A stretch of DNA of 64,000 nucleotides from Capsulimonadaceae bacterium. GTDB lineage: Bacteria > Armatimonadota > Armatimonadia > Armatimonadales > Capsulimonadaceae. The first letter of the stretch is position 1. Every line of letters begins with the position of its first letter. The translations under genes and the position numbers were made by a program. A model generated the notes under the pieces. The model saw only the letters and a list, made by a program, of their open reading frames with translations, did not search any database and had not been told where the DNA came from. Shown one piece after another: positions 9,932 through 19,644 of this stretch. The stretch is taken from positions 3,360,001 through 3,424,000 of the forward strand of contig OZ244065.1 in assembly GCA_965215505.1 (NCBI GenBank), read 5' to 3'.

Positions 9932-11491
9932 ATGACAGTCGCCGAAAAGATGCCCGCCGCGTCCCTGCCGCCCGCCGATGCCCGCACGACCGACATCAGC
10001 CGGTTCTTCACCAACAGTGACCGCAGCGTGTATGCCCTCAAGAACCTGCCGGAAGAGGTCGTCGCCTACCTCTTCGCCCGCTACTCCCGCTCCCGCCTGT
10101 CGCTGCGCGAGGACCTGCGGAACATGATCGAGGCCGAGGACATGGGCGCGCTCATCGGCGCGGGCGCAGCCGACGACCCCGGCGCGGCGTTCGGACAGAT
10201 CCAGGACCGAGCGCGGGCCTTCGCCGAGCGCTATGTGCTGGGCTACGGGCATGCGAGCGTATCCGAGCATGGATGCGTCCACCTGGCCCTGGAAGACGTC
10301 AGCATCATCGCCTCCAAGCTGATCGAGGACGCCCGGCTGGCCTCCTACACCGAGAAAAGCACCCGCTACGTCGCCTTCGACCCGAGCAAGGTCTACTACC
10401 CGCCCGCCGTCATGGCCGACCCGCGCCTGGCCGACGACTACTCGCAGACGATCCGCGCCCTCCTGGACGCCTACGTCGGCTGGAACGAGGACTTCATCGC
10501 CCGCATCAAGGCGCGGACGCCGCGCGGCGAAAAGCAGACCGAGCGCGCCTATGAGGCCGCGAGCCGCGCCACCGCCTTCGACCTCCTGCGCTACCTGCTC
10601 CCCGCCGCCACCCACACCAATGTCGGCCTGACATTGAACGCGCGCACCTTGCAGCACCTCATCACCAAGCTGCTTTCGCAGCCTTTGGAAGAAGGGCAGG
10701 AATTGGGCCGGCGCATCAAGGAGGAGGCCCGGCACATCGTCCCGACCCTGCTGAAGTACGCCGACCACAACGCCTACCGGGCCGAAACGGGCGCGGCGAT
10801 CGAGGAGTTAGCGCGGGAGGTGCTGGGGGAGGCCCCCCGGAAGCCGGCAGCGAATCCCGTCACCCTCCTGTTTTCCGACCCGGATGCCGATGATAGACTC
10901 GTCGCCGCCATCCTTTACCCCGCCGCGTCCCTGCCGATGGGGGCGCTGCTGGCCCGCGTCAAGGCGATGGACCCGCAAACCAAAGAGCGCATCGTGGACG
11001 AGTACCTGAAGAGGCGCGGCCCGCATGACGCGCCGGGGCGCGCGCTGGAGCGCCTGGCCTGCACGGTGGAAATGACCATGGACTACGGCGCGTATCGCGA
11101 CATCCAGCGGCACCGCATGGCGACGCAGGCGACCCAGCCGCTCGCGCCCGCCCTGGGGCATGAGACGCCGGCCGAGATGGAAACATTCGGCTGCGGCGCG
11201 CAGTATGAAGAACTGATGGCGCGCGCCGCCCGGACCTACCACCGCCTTTGGGACGCCGGGTTCGTCCACGAGGCGGCCTACGCCCTGCCGCTGGCGACCC
11301 GTATCCGCGTCCTGTTCACCTGGAACCTGCGCGAAGTGACCCACTTCGTCGAGCTGCGCTCGGCCCGTCAGGGGCACCCCTCCTACCGCAAGGTGGCGCA
11401 GGAGGTGTACCACGCCGTCGCCGCCGCCCACCCGCTGATCGCGCGCTACATGCGCCCCAACCTGAAGACCTATGCCCTCACACGAGAATAA
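9932..11491 (+). CDS. thyX: FAD-dependent thymidylate synthase, tandem-domain ThyX type
   Basis: 'YGHASVSEH', 'RLASYTEKSTRY', 'FDLLRYLLP' in the first half; 'YRDIQRHR' and 'HFVELRS..QGHPSYR' in the second half. Confidence 0.88.
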   Translation: MTVAEKMPAASLPPADARTTDISRFFTNSDRSVYALKNLPEEVVAYLFARYSRSRLSLREDLRNMIEAEDMGALIGAGAADDPGAAFGQIQDRARAFAERYVLGYGHASVSEHGCVHLALEDVSIIASKLIEDARLASYTEKSTRYVAFDPSKVYYPPAVMADPRLADDYSQTIRALLDAYVGWNEDFIARIKARTPRGEKQTERAYEAASRATAFDLLRYLLPAATHTNVGLTLNARTLQHLITKLLSQPLEEGQELGRRIKEEARHIVPTLLKYADHNAYRAETGAAIEELAREVLGEAPRKPAANPVTLLFSDPDADDRLVAAILYPAASLPMGALLARVKAMDPQTKERIVDEYLKRRGPHDAPGRALERLACTVEMTMDYGAYRDIQRHRMATQATQPLAPALGHETPAEMETFGCGAQYEELMARAARTYHRLWDAGFVHEAAYALPLATRIRVLFTWNLREVTHFVELRSARQGHPSYRKVAQEVYHAVAAAHPLIARYMRPNLKTYALTRE

Positions 11492-13022
11492 TCCAGGCGG
11501 CCCCGACCCGGAGGATAAGCCCCGCCGACGCCGGAAGAGGCCCACGGCTGAGACCCTCACCAAGAGGGGCTTCACCCCGATGCAGTTCGAGCTGCCCGAC
11601 AACGCCCTGGCCGGCTACCCGCCCGCACCTCCGCCGACGCCGCCGCCCGCCCCGGCCCCGCGCCTGCTGGAATCCCCCCCCGTCGCCAAGAGGGTAGGGG
11701 CGCCGCTTGCCGCGCCCTCTCCTCCTGCCGCGCCCTCTCCTCCTGCCGCCGCGCCCTCGGCTGCCGCAGTGCCCCCCCCGGTGGAAGGGGATGCGACGAA
11801 GAGCAAGGCCGCCGCCGCCGAGGCCGCAACAGCCGAAGACGCCGCCGCCGAGGCCGCCAAAGCCGAGGCCGCCGCTGCGGCCTCCACAGACATGGTCATC
11901 CCGGCCCTCCCACTCCCGGTTCGGGGCGGGCCGATCCGCCTGGGCAAGCCCACGCTCGTCTTCCCGCACCCCCGACTCCAGGGCATGGACCCCAAGCGCC
12001 GCGCCCTGCTCTGGGGACTGCTGGCGCTCGCGGCCGGCCTCCCGGCCGGCCTCACCCTGGCCGGACGGCTCACCTCGCCGCCCCACGTCCGGGGCGTCCC
12101 CACCGGCCACCTCGTCTATCTGGAGGCCGAAGCGCCCTCGGAGAAGACGACGACCCTGCGCGGCCTGTATGCCGCCGGGCCGGACGGGGCGACGCGCCTG
12201 CTGACCCACGAGGACGAGCCGCAGGACACCGACGGCGGCGTCCGCGAGTGGATCACGCAGCCCGCACTCTCGCCCGACGGCACACAGGTCGCCTTCGAAA
12301 AGCAGCTCATCATGCTCCAGGAGGAGAAGCAGACCATCCAGAACCAGATCTGGGTGATGCCGCTCGCCCCCGGCAGCGACAACCTGCCGCGCCTGGTCGT
12401 GGACCTGACCCAGCAGAAACTGAAGCAGCCCGTCGGCCTGGCCTGGGACTCGGAAGCGTCGCTGATGTTCCTGGAAGACGGCGCGGAATACAGTGTCCCG
12501 ACCGATGCGCCCGACCAACCCCTCAAGATCCCGCTCGACCTGCACGGCCTGACACTGGCGACGGACCCGGACGTCTCGGCCACCCGCAGCCCCGCGATGG
12601 CCGAGTCCGGCCGGTTCGTCTACGGCGTCCAGACCCCCACCGGCCCGCAGACTCTGGTGCAGAATGCCGGGGCCGTCTCGCCCGGCCCGGACGCTGCCGT
12701 CTTCGCCCTGTCCCCCGCCGGCGACCGCATCGCCTTCGTCCCGCCCGACGGCGGGGCGGGCAGCGGCGGGGCCGTCGTCCGCACCTACGACCTCGCCACG
12801 AATGCCTATGGTGCGGACATCCGCGTCCACTGGGGCTGGTCCGTCTTCGGCCACCGCCGCGTGACGTCCCTGCGCTGGTCCCCCGACGCCACGAAGCTCG
12901 CCTTCACCGTCTCCAAGCCCCCCGTCCCCGAGGACGAGATCTTCCTCGTAGATTTAGGTTCGGGCAAAACCGCCCAGCTCCCCTACCGCGCGGGCCGCGC
13001 CGCCTGGGACTGGTCGAAGTAG
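11472..13022 (+). CDS. Membrane-anchored TolB/PD40-like beta-propeller protein with Pro/Ala-rich N-terminus
   Basis: Repeated 'PALSPDGTQVAF', 'LSPAGDRIAF', 'WSPDATKLAF'; one TM helix; start uncertain. Confidence 0.7.
   Translation: MPSHENNPGGPDPEDKPRRRRKRPTAETLTKRGFTPMQFELPDNALAGYPPAPPPTPPPAPAPRLLESPPVAKRVGAPLAAPSPPAAPSPPAAAPSAAAVPPPVEGDATKSKAAAAEAATAEDAAAEAAKAEAAAAASTDMVIPALPLPVRGGPIRLGKPTLVFPHPRLQGMDPKRRALLWGLLALAAGLPAGLTLAGRLTSPPHVRGVPTGHLVYLEAEAPSEKTTTLRGLYAAGPDGATRLLTHEDEPQDTDGGVREWITQPALSPDGTQVAFEKQLIMLQEEKQTIQNQIWVMPLAPGSDNLPRLVVDLTQQKLKQPVGLAWDSEASLMFLEDGAEYSVPTDAPDQPLKIPLDLHGLTLATDPDVSATRSPAMAESGRFVYGVQTPTGPQTLVQNAGAVSPGPDAAVFALSPAGDRIAFVPPDGGAGSGGAVVRTYDLATNAYGADIRVHWGWSVFGHRRVTSLRWSPDATKLAFTVSKPPVPEDEIFLVDLGSGKTAQLPYRAGRAAWDWSK
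11694..11719 (+). repeat. GTAG-type REP inside a CDS
   Basis: GTAGGGGCGCCGCTTGCCGCGCCCTC identical to the copies at 3543 and 47292; read in frame as VGAPLAAPS. Confidence 0.85.
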
Positions 13023-13106
13023 GGGCGCGATTCATCGCGCCCTCTTCCCCTCCCGCGCCCTTTCCCCCTCCCGTGCCCTTTCCCCCTCCCGTGCCCTTTC
13101 CCCCTC
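13019..13106 (+). repeat. GTAG-type REP followed by an 18-bp tandem repeat
   Basis: GTAG-GGGCGCGA-TTCA-TCGCGCCC at 13019; unit GCCCTTTCCCCCTCCCGT about 3.8 times from 13039. Confidence 0.8.
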
Positions 13107-13147
13107 TGCCGCTTCCCTCCCGCGCCCTCACCGGGTATAATCCCCCC

Positions 13148-13801
13148 ATGAGCTACGCTCTGCTGCATGCCGATGAGGAGACCGAGCCGGGGGTCTACGG
13201 GGCCTACCTGCGGGCGCAGGCCGACGCCGACCTGCTGGACATCCTGCGCCACCTCGACCCCGAGCGCTACCCCGCCCGCCTCGACGCGGCGGGGCGCGAG
13301 CTGCGGCGGCGCGGACTGCTGCAAGCGCCCGCCTACAACCCGGCCGAGGCAACGATGCGCTATCTCGCCCTGGTCGCCCTGGCCCTTGCCGCCGCCCTGC
13401 TCCTGCTGACCGTTTTGCTGACCCCCGCCGACGCCGCCGGCCCTTCCTGGCCGACCGGCGAGATGCTGCCCGACGGGTCGCCGCTCAGTCTGCTCGCCCG
13501 CCTCTTCACCGTCGCCATCCTGCGCGGCGTCGTCTTCTGGAGCGCCCGCTTCGCCGTCTTCGCCTTCTTGATCGCCCCGCTCGGCGGCTGGTTGCTCGGC
13601 CAGCTCGGGACGCGGCGGCAAAGGCGGGCGCGCGCCGATGTCTTGCGGCTGGCCGCCCTCGGCCTCGGCGTCCTTCTCGCCGCGGTCGCCCTGGCGGCCC
13701 TCCCCGGCAGCGCCGTCCCCGCCCTGTTCGACTCGTCGGCGGGTGAGGCATCCGGGTGGCAGCGCGCCCTCCCGCTTTGGGACCCGTTCGCCGCCTACTG
13801 A
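13148..13801 (+). CDS. Hypothetical membrane protein
   Basis: ATG at 13148 (MSYALLH) inside track ORF 12248-13801; several hydrophobic helices; TATAAT at 13135-13141 just upstream. Confidence 0.65.
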   Translation: MSYALLHADEETEPGVYGAYLRAQADADLLDILRHLDPERYPARLDAAGRELRRRGLLQAPAYNPAEATMRYLALVALALAAALLLLTVLLTPADAAGPSWPTGEMLPDGSPLSLLARLFTVAILRGVVFWSARFAVFAFLIAPLGGWLLGQLGTRRQRRARADVLRLAALGLGVLLAAVALAALPGSAVPALFDSSAGEASGWQRALPLWDPFAAY

Positions 13802-13822
13802 GCCGATCACCGAGATGCCGAC

Positions 13823-14341
13823 ATGAAACACAAACATCGCCGCGCCGGCCCCAACCCGCTGGCCGAATACCGCCGCCTCCAGCGCGAGATCCGGACGGTC
13901 TTCGACCCGTTCACCGCCAAGCACTGCCCCACCTGCCTCACCCCCTGCTGCATCAAGCCGACGCGCGTGACGCCCGTGGACGTCGCCCTGGCCGTCGGCC
14001 TGGGCCACGACTTCCCGCACCTGAACGGGGCGGACGCCTACGCGCCCGCCGTCTCCTACGCGGGCAATCGGCTGGCCGCCCCCATCGCCCTGCCGATGCT
14101 CCCCGGCGAGGAACCAGCGCTCCAGCCCTGCGACTACCTCGACAGAGGCCGCTGCACCTTCCCCGACGACCTGCGCCCCTACGGCTGCACGGCCTTCCTC
14201 TGCGGCCCCATGTACGCCCACCTGCCTGATGACACCCTGCGCCGCCTCCGCCGCCTGATCCGCCAGCTCGAGGACGCCCACACCTCCCTCCTGCGCGCCC
14301 TCCGCGACGCGGGCAAAATACCGGCGGACGATGAAGACTAG
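13823..14341 (+). CDS. Cys-cluster protein (YkgJ/UPF0153-like putative Zn or Fe-S binding)
   Basis: CPTCLTPCC ... CDYLDRGRC ... RPYGCTAFLC pattern. Confidence 0.7.
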   Translation: MKHKHRRAGPNPLAEYRRLQREIRTVFDPFTAKHCPTCLTPCCIKPTRVTPVDVALAVGLGHDFPHLNGADAYAPAVSYAGNRLAAPIALPMLPGEEPALQPCDYLDRGRCTFPDDLRPYGCTAFLCGPMYAHLPDDTLRRLRRLIRQLEDAHTSLLRALRDAGKIPADDED

Positions 14342-14344
14342 CGT

Positions 14345-14393
14345 CCCCGGCCATGAATGGCCGGCCTACCCCTGAATGGACACCGCTCTGCGG
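14345..14393. repeat. Solo arm of a TGAA-loop double-hairpin element
   Basis: CCGGCCA-TGAA-TGGCCGG-CCTA then ACCGC-TCT-GCGGT; same layout as the minus-strand arm at 47500-47523. Confidence 0.6.
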
Positions 14394-14420
14394 TTGAAGA
14401 TGTGAGCGCGATGCCAGGCT

Positions 14421-14500
14421 GTAGGGGCGAACCTTGTGTTCGCCCTTCTTGTCCGCGTCCGCCTTCCCTCTCCGTGTAGGGGCGCGATTCATCGCGCCCT
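14421..14500 (+). repeat. Two directly oriented GTAG-type REPs
   Basis: GTAG-GGGCGAAC-CTTGT-GTTCGCCC (14421) and GTAG-GGGCGCGA-TTCA-TCGCGCCC (14476). Confidence 0.85.
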
Positions 14501-14552
14501 CTCCGCCTATCGCGCGGCAGGATTCCCGGCAGCAGGGCGGGAACTTCCCGCC

Positions 14553-16826
14553 ATGAAAGATGCACGACCCGCCGCGCGCCCCCGTCTTGTCCTTGCCCTC
14601 CTCCTTCCCCTCCTCCTCGCCACCCTGAGCAGCGGCCTGAACGCCGCGCCCGCCGGGGACACGCCCCCCGCCACACCCCCGGCTGCCGCTCCGCCCCCCG
14701 CCGCCGCTGCCCCGGCACCGCCCCCCACTCTGATCGGCAAGATCGCCCACATCCGCATCTTCGGCGATAAGAACATCCGTGCCGACGCCATCCAGGCCGT
14801 CCTCACCCAGAAGGTCGGCGACCTCTACAGCCCCGCCGCCGCCGCGAAGGACCAGGCCACCATCAAGGACATGGGCGTCTTCAACGGCCCCGTCGCCCTG
14901 ACCGCCGCCCCCAACCCGGCCGGCGGAGTGGACCTGAATTACACCGTCGCCGAGAACCCCATCGTCACGGCTATACGCTTCACCGCCGACACGCCCTCCA
15001 AAGAGCCGACCATCCCGGCGCTGGTGCTGGTGGCGCAGATGAAGACCTGCGTCGGCCAGGTACTCAACACGAAGGTTTTGGTCAGTGACCTGGACGCGCT
15101 CGTCAACCACGACACCGGCTACGTCAGCAAGCAGGGCTACATCTTCGATATCAGCACGGACATCAACATTGACCCCGCGACAGGAGTTTTGACCATCCCG
15201 CTCGTGGAAGCCCACGTCCAGTCCATCCAGATCACCGGCAACAGCCGCATCAGAACGGCGGACATCCTGGCCCACATGCACACCAAGCCGGGCGACGTTT
15301 ACAACGCCAATGCCGTTCAGAAGGACCTCGGTGCGATCTATGAGATGGGCGACTTCAAGCAAGTCGGCGGGACGAAACTGGACGCGACCGGGCCAGGTCA
15401 GATCACGGTCACACTCCCCGTGGTGGAGCGGGAGGCAGCCACTGTGGACAAGCTTGATGAGAAACAAGGTAAAGTGATCCCGTTCCTCTATGACCCGATT
15501 ACAATCCCGACACCCGTCATCCGTGTCAGCGTCAACGGCAAGCCACCGCTTGCGTTCATCGTGGATACCGGCACAACCGCTCCGCTCACTCTCGATACCA
15601 TGACCGTCGCTCGGCTTGGGCTAAAGAAGCAGGAACTGACGCAGGAGGGACAGGGCTACCGCTATGCGGTCGTTCCAGTCCAAAAGGCCGTTTTGCAGGG
15701 GGTAAATCGCGCTAACGATGTTCCCTACGACATAAACCAGGCGGTGGTCCTTGATCTAGGCATCCTGCGTGGATACTTCCCAGGCCGGGATGTGGCCGGG
15801 ATTATCGGACTGGGACTGTTCCGCCTTTTCACCACCCGTTTCGACTTCGCGGCCGAGACGCTCACCATGTTCGCCTATTCTCACCCTTCCTTGCGCCTCC
15901 CCGGTGCAACGCTCTTGCCCCTGCGTTCGACTTCGGACGAGCTTTATACCGTCCATGCTGCGCTGACACCTGACGCGGCTGCCGACCTGATCCTGGATAC
16001 CGGCAGCGACTCCACCCAGGTGCCGCTTGAAACCGTGGGTACTCTGCACCCGGCAGGGATCGCCTACAACGGTGTAGCAGAGCAGATCACCGGGTTGTAT
16101 ATATGTCCAGATCTGCGACTGCCGGGCCTGAACCTCGGGACGCTGCGGGTGCCGAATGTCGTGGTGGGTACTTTGCCTCTGGCACGGACATCACTCGGCA
16201 TGGACATCCTAGGCGGCTACCGTCTGACGCTGGACGGGCCGAACGCCCAGTTCGCGCTGGAACCGTCGGCCACGAGCAGGCGGTACGTTCTGGGATGGTC
16301 CGGCCTTGAACTCACGCAGGCAGGATCGGAATGGAAGGTGAAAAGCCTCAGAGGCGGGTCGCCCGCCCGGCAGGCTGGGGTGCAGACGGGAGACGAGATC
16401 GCGACAGTCAACGGGCAGGGCGTCCAGGGTTTGTCACGGACGCAGGCGATGAGGCTCATTGACGGCCTCTCAGGAAGGCCGCAGCGTCTAGGCCTGCGCC
16501 GAGGCCGTAACAAGAGCTTGGAGGTTTCATGGACCCCGCTTGATGAGTTCAGCGCGCCCCGCAACGGCGTTTATGGTTTGACGCTTCGGAAGCCGAATGG
16601 TGGCCCCTGGATCATCGTAAGCGTACTATCGGGCTGCCCCGGAGACCGGGCAGGACTGCAAGCGAGCGACGAGATCACGCAGATGGACGGGGTGCCCACG
16701 GCGAACATGCCTCCGGACCGACTTGCGGAGATCATGAGTGGAGCGTCAAAATCTATGACCTTCACGGTGCAGCGTACCGGGAAAGCCGCGCCGTTTTCGG
16801 TCAAGCTGTCCCCGCCGGCTCCTTAA
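14553..16826 (+). CDS. Secreted POTRA-domain / tandem retropepsin-like aspartyl protease / tandem PDZ protein
   Basis: ATG 14553 with signal peptide; POTRA-like 'IAHIRIFGDKNI...KVGDLYS' and 'VQSIQITGNSRI...TKPGDVYN...DL.AIYEMG.F'; 'FIVDTG' and 'LILDTG' with 'GIIGL'/'LGMDIL'; PDZ 'GSPARQAGVQTGDEI.TVNG' and 'PGDRAGLQASDEI..MDG'. Confidence 0.82.
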   Translation: MKDARPAARPRLVLALLLPLLLATLSSGLNAAPAGDTPPATPPAAAPPPAAAAPAPPPTLIGKIAHIRIFGDKNIRADAIQAVLTQKVGDLYSPAAAAKDQATIKDMGVFNGPVALTAAPNPAGGVDLNYTVAENPIVTAIRFTADTPSKEPTIPALVLVAQMKTCVGQVLNTKVLVSDLDALVNHDTGYVSKQGYIFDISTDINIDPATGVLTIPLVEAHVQSIQITGNSRIRTADILAHMHTKPGDVYNANAVQKDLGAIYEMGDFKQVGGTKLDATGPGQITVTLPVVEREAATVDKLDEKQGKVIPFLYDPITIPTPVIRVSVNGKPPLAFIVDTGTTAPLTLDTMTVARLGLKKQELTQEGQGYRYAVVPVQKAVLQGVNRANDVPYDINQAVVLDLGILRGYFPGRDVAGIIGLGLFRLFTTRFDFAAETLTMFAYSHPSLRLPGATLLPLRSTSDELYTVHAALTPDAAADLILDTGSDSTQVPLETVGTLHPAGIAYNGVAEQITGLYICPDLRLPGLNLGTLRVPNVVVGTLPLARTSLGMDILGGYRLTLDGPNAQFALEPSATSRRYVLGWSGLELTQAGSEWKVKSLRGGSPARQAGVQTGDEIATVNGQGVQGLSRTQAMRLIDGLSGRPQRLGLRRGRNKSLEVSWTPLDEFSAPRNGVYGLTLRKPNGGPWIIVSVLSGCPGDRAGLQASDEITQMDGVPTANMPPDRLAEIMSGASKSMTFTVQRTGKAAPFSVKLSPPAP

Positions 16827-16989
16827 AACCATGCGTTGAAACGCACGGCTAGACGGCCTTCGGCCAGAAAGCGCCGCTTCGCGGGGCTAAGGGGCGTCCT
16901 TCCGAGTGCCGCGCCCTCCGGGTCTGCCAATGCAGAAGCGGTACTTCGTGGCGTCTTCGCCGTTTAGCCGTGCGTTTCAACGCATGGTT
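16827..16989. repeat. Nested palindromic doublet, family C
   Basis: Terminal inverted repeats AACCATGCGTTGAAACGCACGGCTA / TAGCCGTGCGTTTCAACGCATGGTT; inner CCGCTTCGCGG hairpin. Confidence 0.85.
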
Positions 16990-17078
16990 CCCTTCATCGC
17001 ACGGACCACGCCCTCTTCATCCGCCCTTTCCGCCTGCGCCTTAACCCATTCTTAACATTTTGCGGTTATAATAGACGC

Positions 17079-19634
17079 ATGAACGCTTTCCCCACACGCC
17101 GCGCCGCCCGCCCCATCGCCGCCGCGCTCACCGTCGCGCTGACGGCGGGCCTGGCCGGGTTCAGCCTGACGCACAGCGCCCGCAAAGGCATCGCCGAGAA
17201 GAACGTCGCCCTGCCGGACCTGCCCGACGGCAACGGCACGGGGACGCGGCTGCCCAACGGCTGGCACGTCACCCCGGCGGGGACGCCCATCGCGCTGCCG
17301 GGCGATCTGCCGCTGAAGATGCTGTTCAGCCCCGACGGGAAGACCCTGCTGACACTCACCGGCGGCTACCACGACCACGGCGTCAGCCTCATCGACCCGG
17401 CCACCAATAAGGTCACGCAGAGCGTCAACCTGGGCAAAGTCTGGGCGGGCATGTGCTTCGACCCCGAGGGCGACGACCTGTACGTCTCGGGCGGCGGGCC
17501 TCCCTCCAAGGAGTTCCTCGCGAACGCCGCCAAGCAGGGCGCGGACGACGCTTTGACCGAGTCCTTCCACCACCCCATCCTGCACCTGAAGTTCGCGGGC
17601 GGCGCACTGACATCAGGCAAACCGATTGACGTCCCCGGCCTGACCGACGCCGTCGCCGACATTCCGGGTGACTACCACTTGAAGTTCGACCGGTTCATGG
17701 CGGGCCTGGTTTCGGGGCCGGACGGGGCCTTGTACGCGGTCAACATCCAGAACGACACCGTCTACAAGCTGGCGGGGACGCCCCGCGCCCTGGCCGCCTC
17801 CATTAAGGTCGGGTCGCGGCCCTACGCCGCCGCCCTGTCGCCGGACGGGGCGACGCTCGCCGTCTCCAACATGGGCGACGGCACGGTCAGCCTGCTGGAC
17901 GCATCGAATCTGCAAGAACGAACCCGCGTCACGGCCGGCAGCCAGCCCAACGAGCTGGCCTGGGCCAACGATGGACGCCTGTTCGTCGCAAACGCAGGCA
18001 GCAACAGCGTCAGCGTCATCACGGGCGGCAAGGTGACGGAAACGGTCAAGACCTCGCTGTCTCCCACCGACCCTGTCGGGTCCACGCCGGACGCCCTGGC
18101 CGTTTCGTCCGATGGGCAGCGGCTCTACGTCGCAAACGCCGACAACAACGACGTGGCCGTCATAGACACCTCCCGCCCCCGCGCCTCCCGCGTCCTCGGC
18201 TTTATTCCGACCGGCTGGTATCCCAGCGCCCTGGCCCTCGCCCCCGACGGCCGGACGCTCTACGTCGGGACCGGCAAGGGCCTGAGCTTCCGCGCCAACG
18301 ACAAGGCGACGACGCCCTGGACGCGGAACCAGCCCGTCTCGGGCCAGGCCTACGACTACATCGGCGGCGCCCTCAGCGGCGCGGTCTGCGCCGTGCGCCT
18401 GCCGGGCGCTGCGGGCCTGGCCGCCTACACCCGGCAGGTCTACGCCAACACGCCCGGCCTGAACGCGAGGACCGCACAGGCCGGGCCGGACATGAAGGCG
18501 ACCCTGGGCAAGATCAAGCACGTCCTGTACATCATCCGGGAGAACCGTACTTATGACCAGGTGTTCGGGGACCTCACGGCGGGCAACGGCGACCCGAGCC
18601 TGACCATCTTCGGCGCGAGCGTCACGCCGAACGCGCACGCTTTGGCCTCGCACTACGTCCTGCTGGACAACCTGTACTGCAACGGCGAAGTCTCGGAGGA
18701 CGGCCACAAGTGGTGCGACGCCGCCTACGCCACCGACTTCATCGAGCGCGCCTGGCCCTCCAGCTACAGCAGCCGGGGCGAGCCGAGCGGCGACGCGGAT
18801 GTCGCCGACTCCCCGAACGGCGAGATCTGGGACGATTGCGCGCGGCACGGCGTCTCCTACCGCTCCTACGGCGAGGAGGCCGACTTCACCTCCACGCCCA
18901 ACACCGCCCCTGTCTTCGCCGGCAGCAAGGGCCTGGCCGGGCACGCCAACGTCGAGTGGTCTCAGTTCCCCTTCGGCAAGGGCCGGGACACCCAGCGGGC
19001 CGCCATCTTCCTCAAAGAACTGGCCGCCGCCGAGAAGACCGGCGTCTGGCCGCAGTTCATGGTGGCCTGGCTGCCCGAGGACCATACCTCGGGCCTGAAG
19101 GCCGGGGCCTACACGCCCGTCGCCGCCGTCGCCTCCAACGACCAGGCGCTGGGGCAGATCGTGGAGGGCATCTCCAAGTCCCGCTTCTGGAAAGAGACCG
19201 CCATCTTCGTCATCGAGGACGACGCCCAGAACGGACCCGACCACATAGACGCCCACCGCACCGAGGGCCTCGTCATCTCCCCCTACGTCAAGCGAAACGC
19301 CGTGGACAGCACGCAGTACACGACGGCCTCCATGGTCCGCACGATGGAGATGATCCTCCACCTGCCCCCCATGACCCAGTACGACCGGGCGGCCACGCCG
19401 ATGCTCTCCTGCTTCACGGCCACGCCCGACCTGACCGCCTGGGCGAACATCGGCCCGCGCGTGGACCTGGAAGCCAAGAACCCCGGCAAGGGCGCGGGGG
19501 CGGTCGCCTCGGCGCGGCTGGACTTCTCGGCCCCCGACCGGGCGGACCCGGACGCCTTGAACGCGATCCTGTGGCACGCCTTGAAGCCCGGCGTCCCCGT
19601 GCCCGCGCCGGTCCGAAGCGCCCGGCGGGAGTAG
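17079..19634 (+). CDS. Secreted YncE/YVTN beta-propeller fused to an alkaline-phosphatase-superfamily phosphoesterase
   Basis: Repeats 'LFVANAGSNSVSVI' and 'LYVANADNNDVAVID'; 'IKHVLYIIRENRTYDQVFGD'; 'EDDAQNGPDHIDAHR'. Confidence 0.88.
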   Translation: MNAFPTRRAARPIAAALTVALTAGLAGFSLTHSARKGIAEKNVALPDLPDGNGTGTRLPNGWHVTPAGTPIALPGDLPLKMLFSPDGKTLLTLTGGYHDHGVSLIDPATNKVTQSVNLGKVWAGMCFDPEGDDLYVSGGGPPSKEFLANAAKQGADDALTESFHHPILHLKFAGGALTSGKPIDVPGLTDAVADIPGDYHLKFDRFMAGLVSGPDGALYAVNIQNDTVYKLAGTPRALAASIKVGSRPYAAALSPDGATLAVSNMGDGTVSLLDASNLQERTRVTAGSQPNELAWANDGRLFVANAGSNSVSVITGGKVTETVKTSLSPTDPVGSTPDALAVSSDGQRLYVANADNNDVAVIDTSRPRASRVLGFIPTGWYPSALALAPDGRTLYVGTGKGLSFRANDKATTPWTRNQPVSGQAYDYIGGALSGAVCAVRLPGAAGLAAYTRQVYANTPGLNARTAQAGPDMKATLGKIKHVLYIIRENRTYDQVFGDLTAGNGDPSLTIFGASVTPNAHALASHYVLLDNLYCNGEVSEDGHKWCDAAYATDFIERAWPSSYSSRGEPSGDADVADSPNGEIWDDCARHGVSYRSYGEEADFTSTPNTAPVFAGSKGLAGHANVEWSQFPFGKGRDTQRAAIFLKELAAAEKTGVWPQFMVAWLPEDHTSGLKAGAYTPVAAVASNDQALGQIVEGISKSRFWKETAIFVIEDDAQNGPDHIDAHRTEGLVISPYVKRNAVDSTQYTTASMVRTMEMILHLPPMTQYDRAATPMLSCFTATPDLTAWANIGPRVDLEAKNPGKGAGAVASARLDFSAPDRADPDALNAILWHALKPGVPVPAPVRSARRE

Positions 19635-19644
19635 AGGGAAGTTT

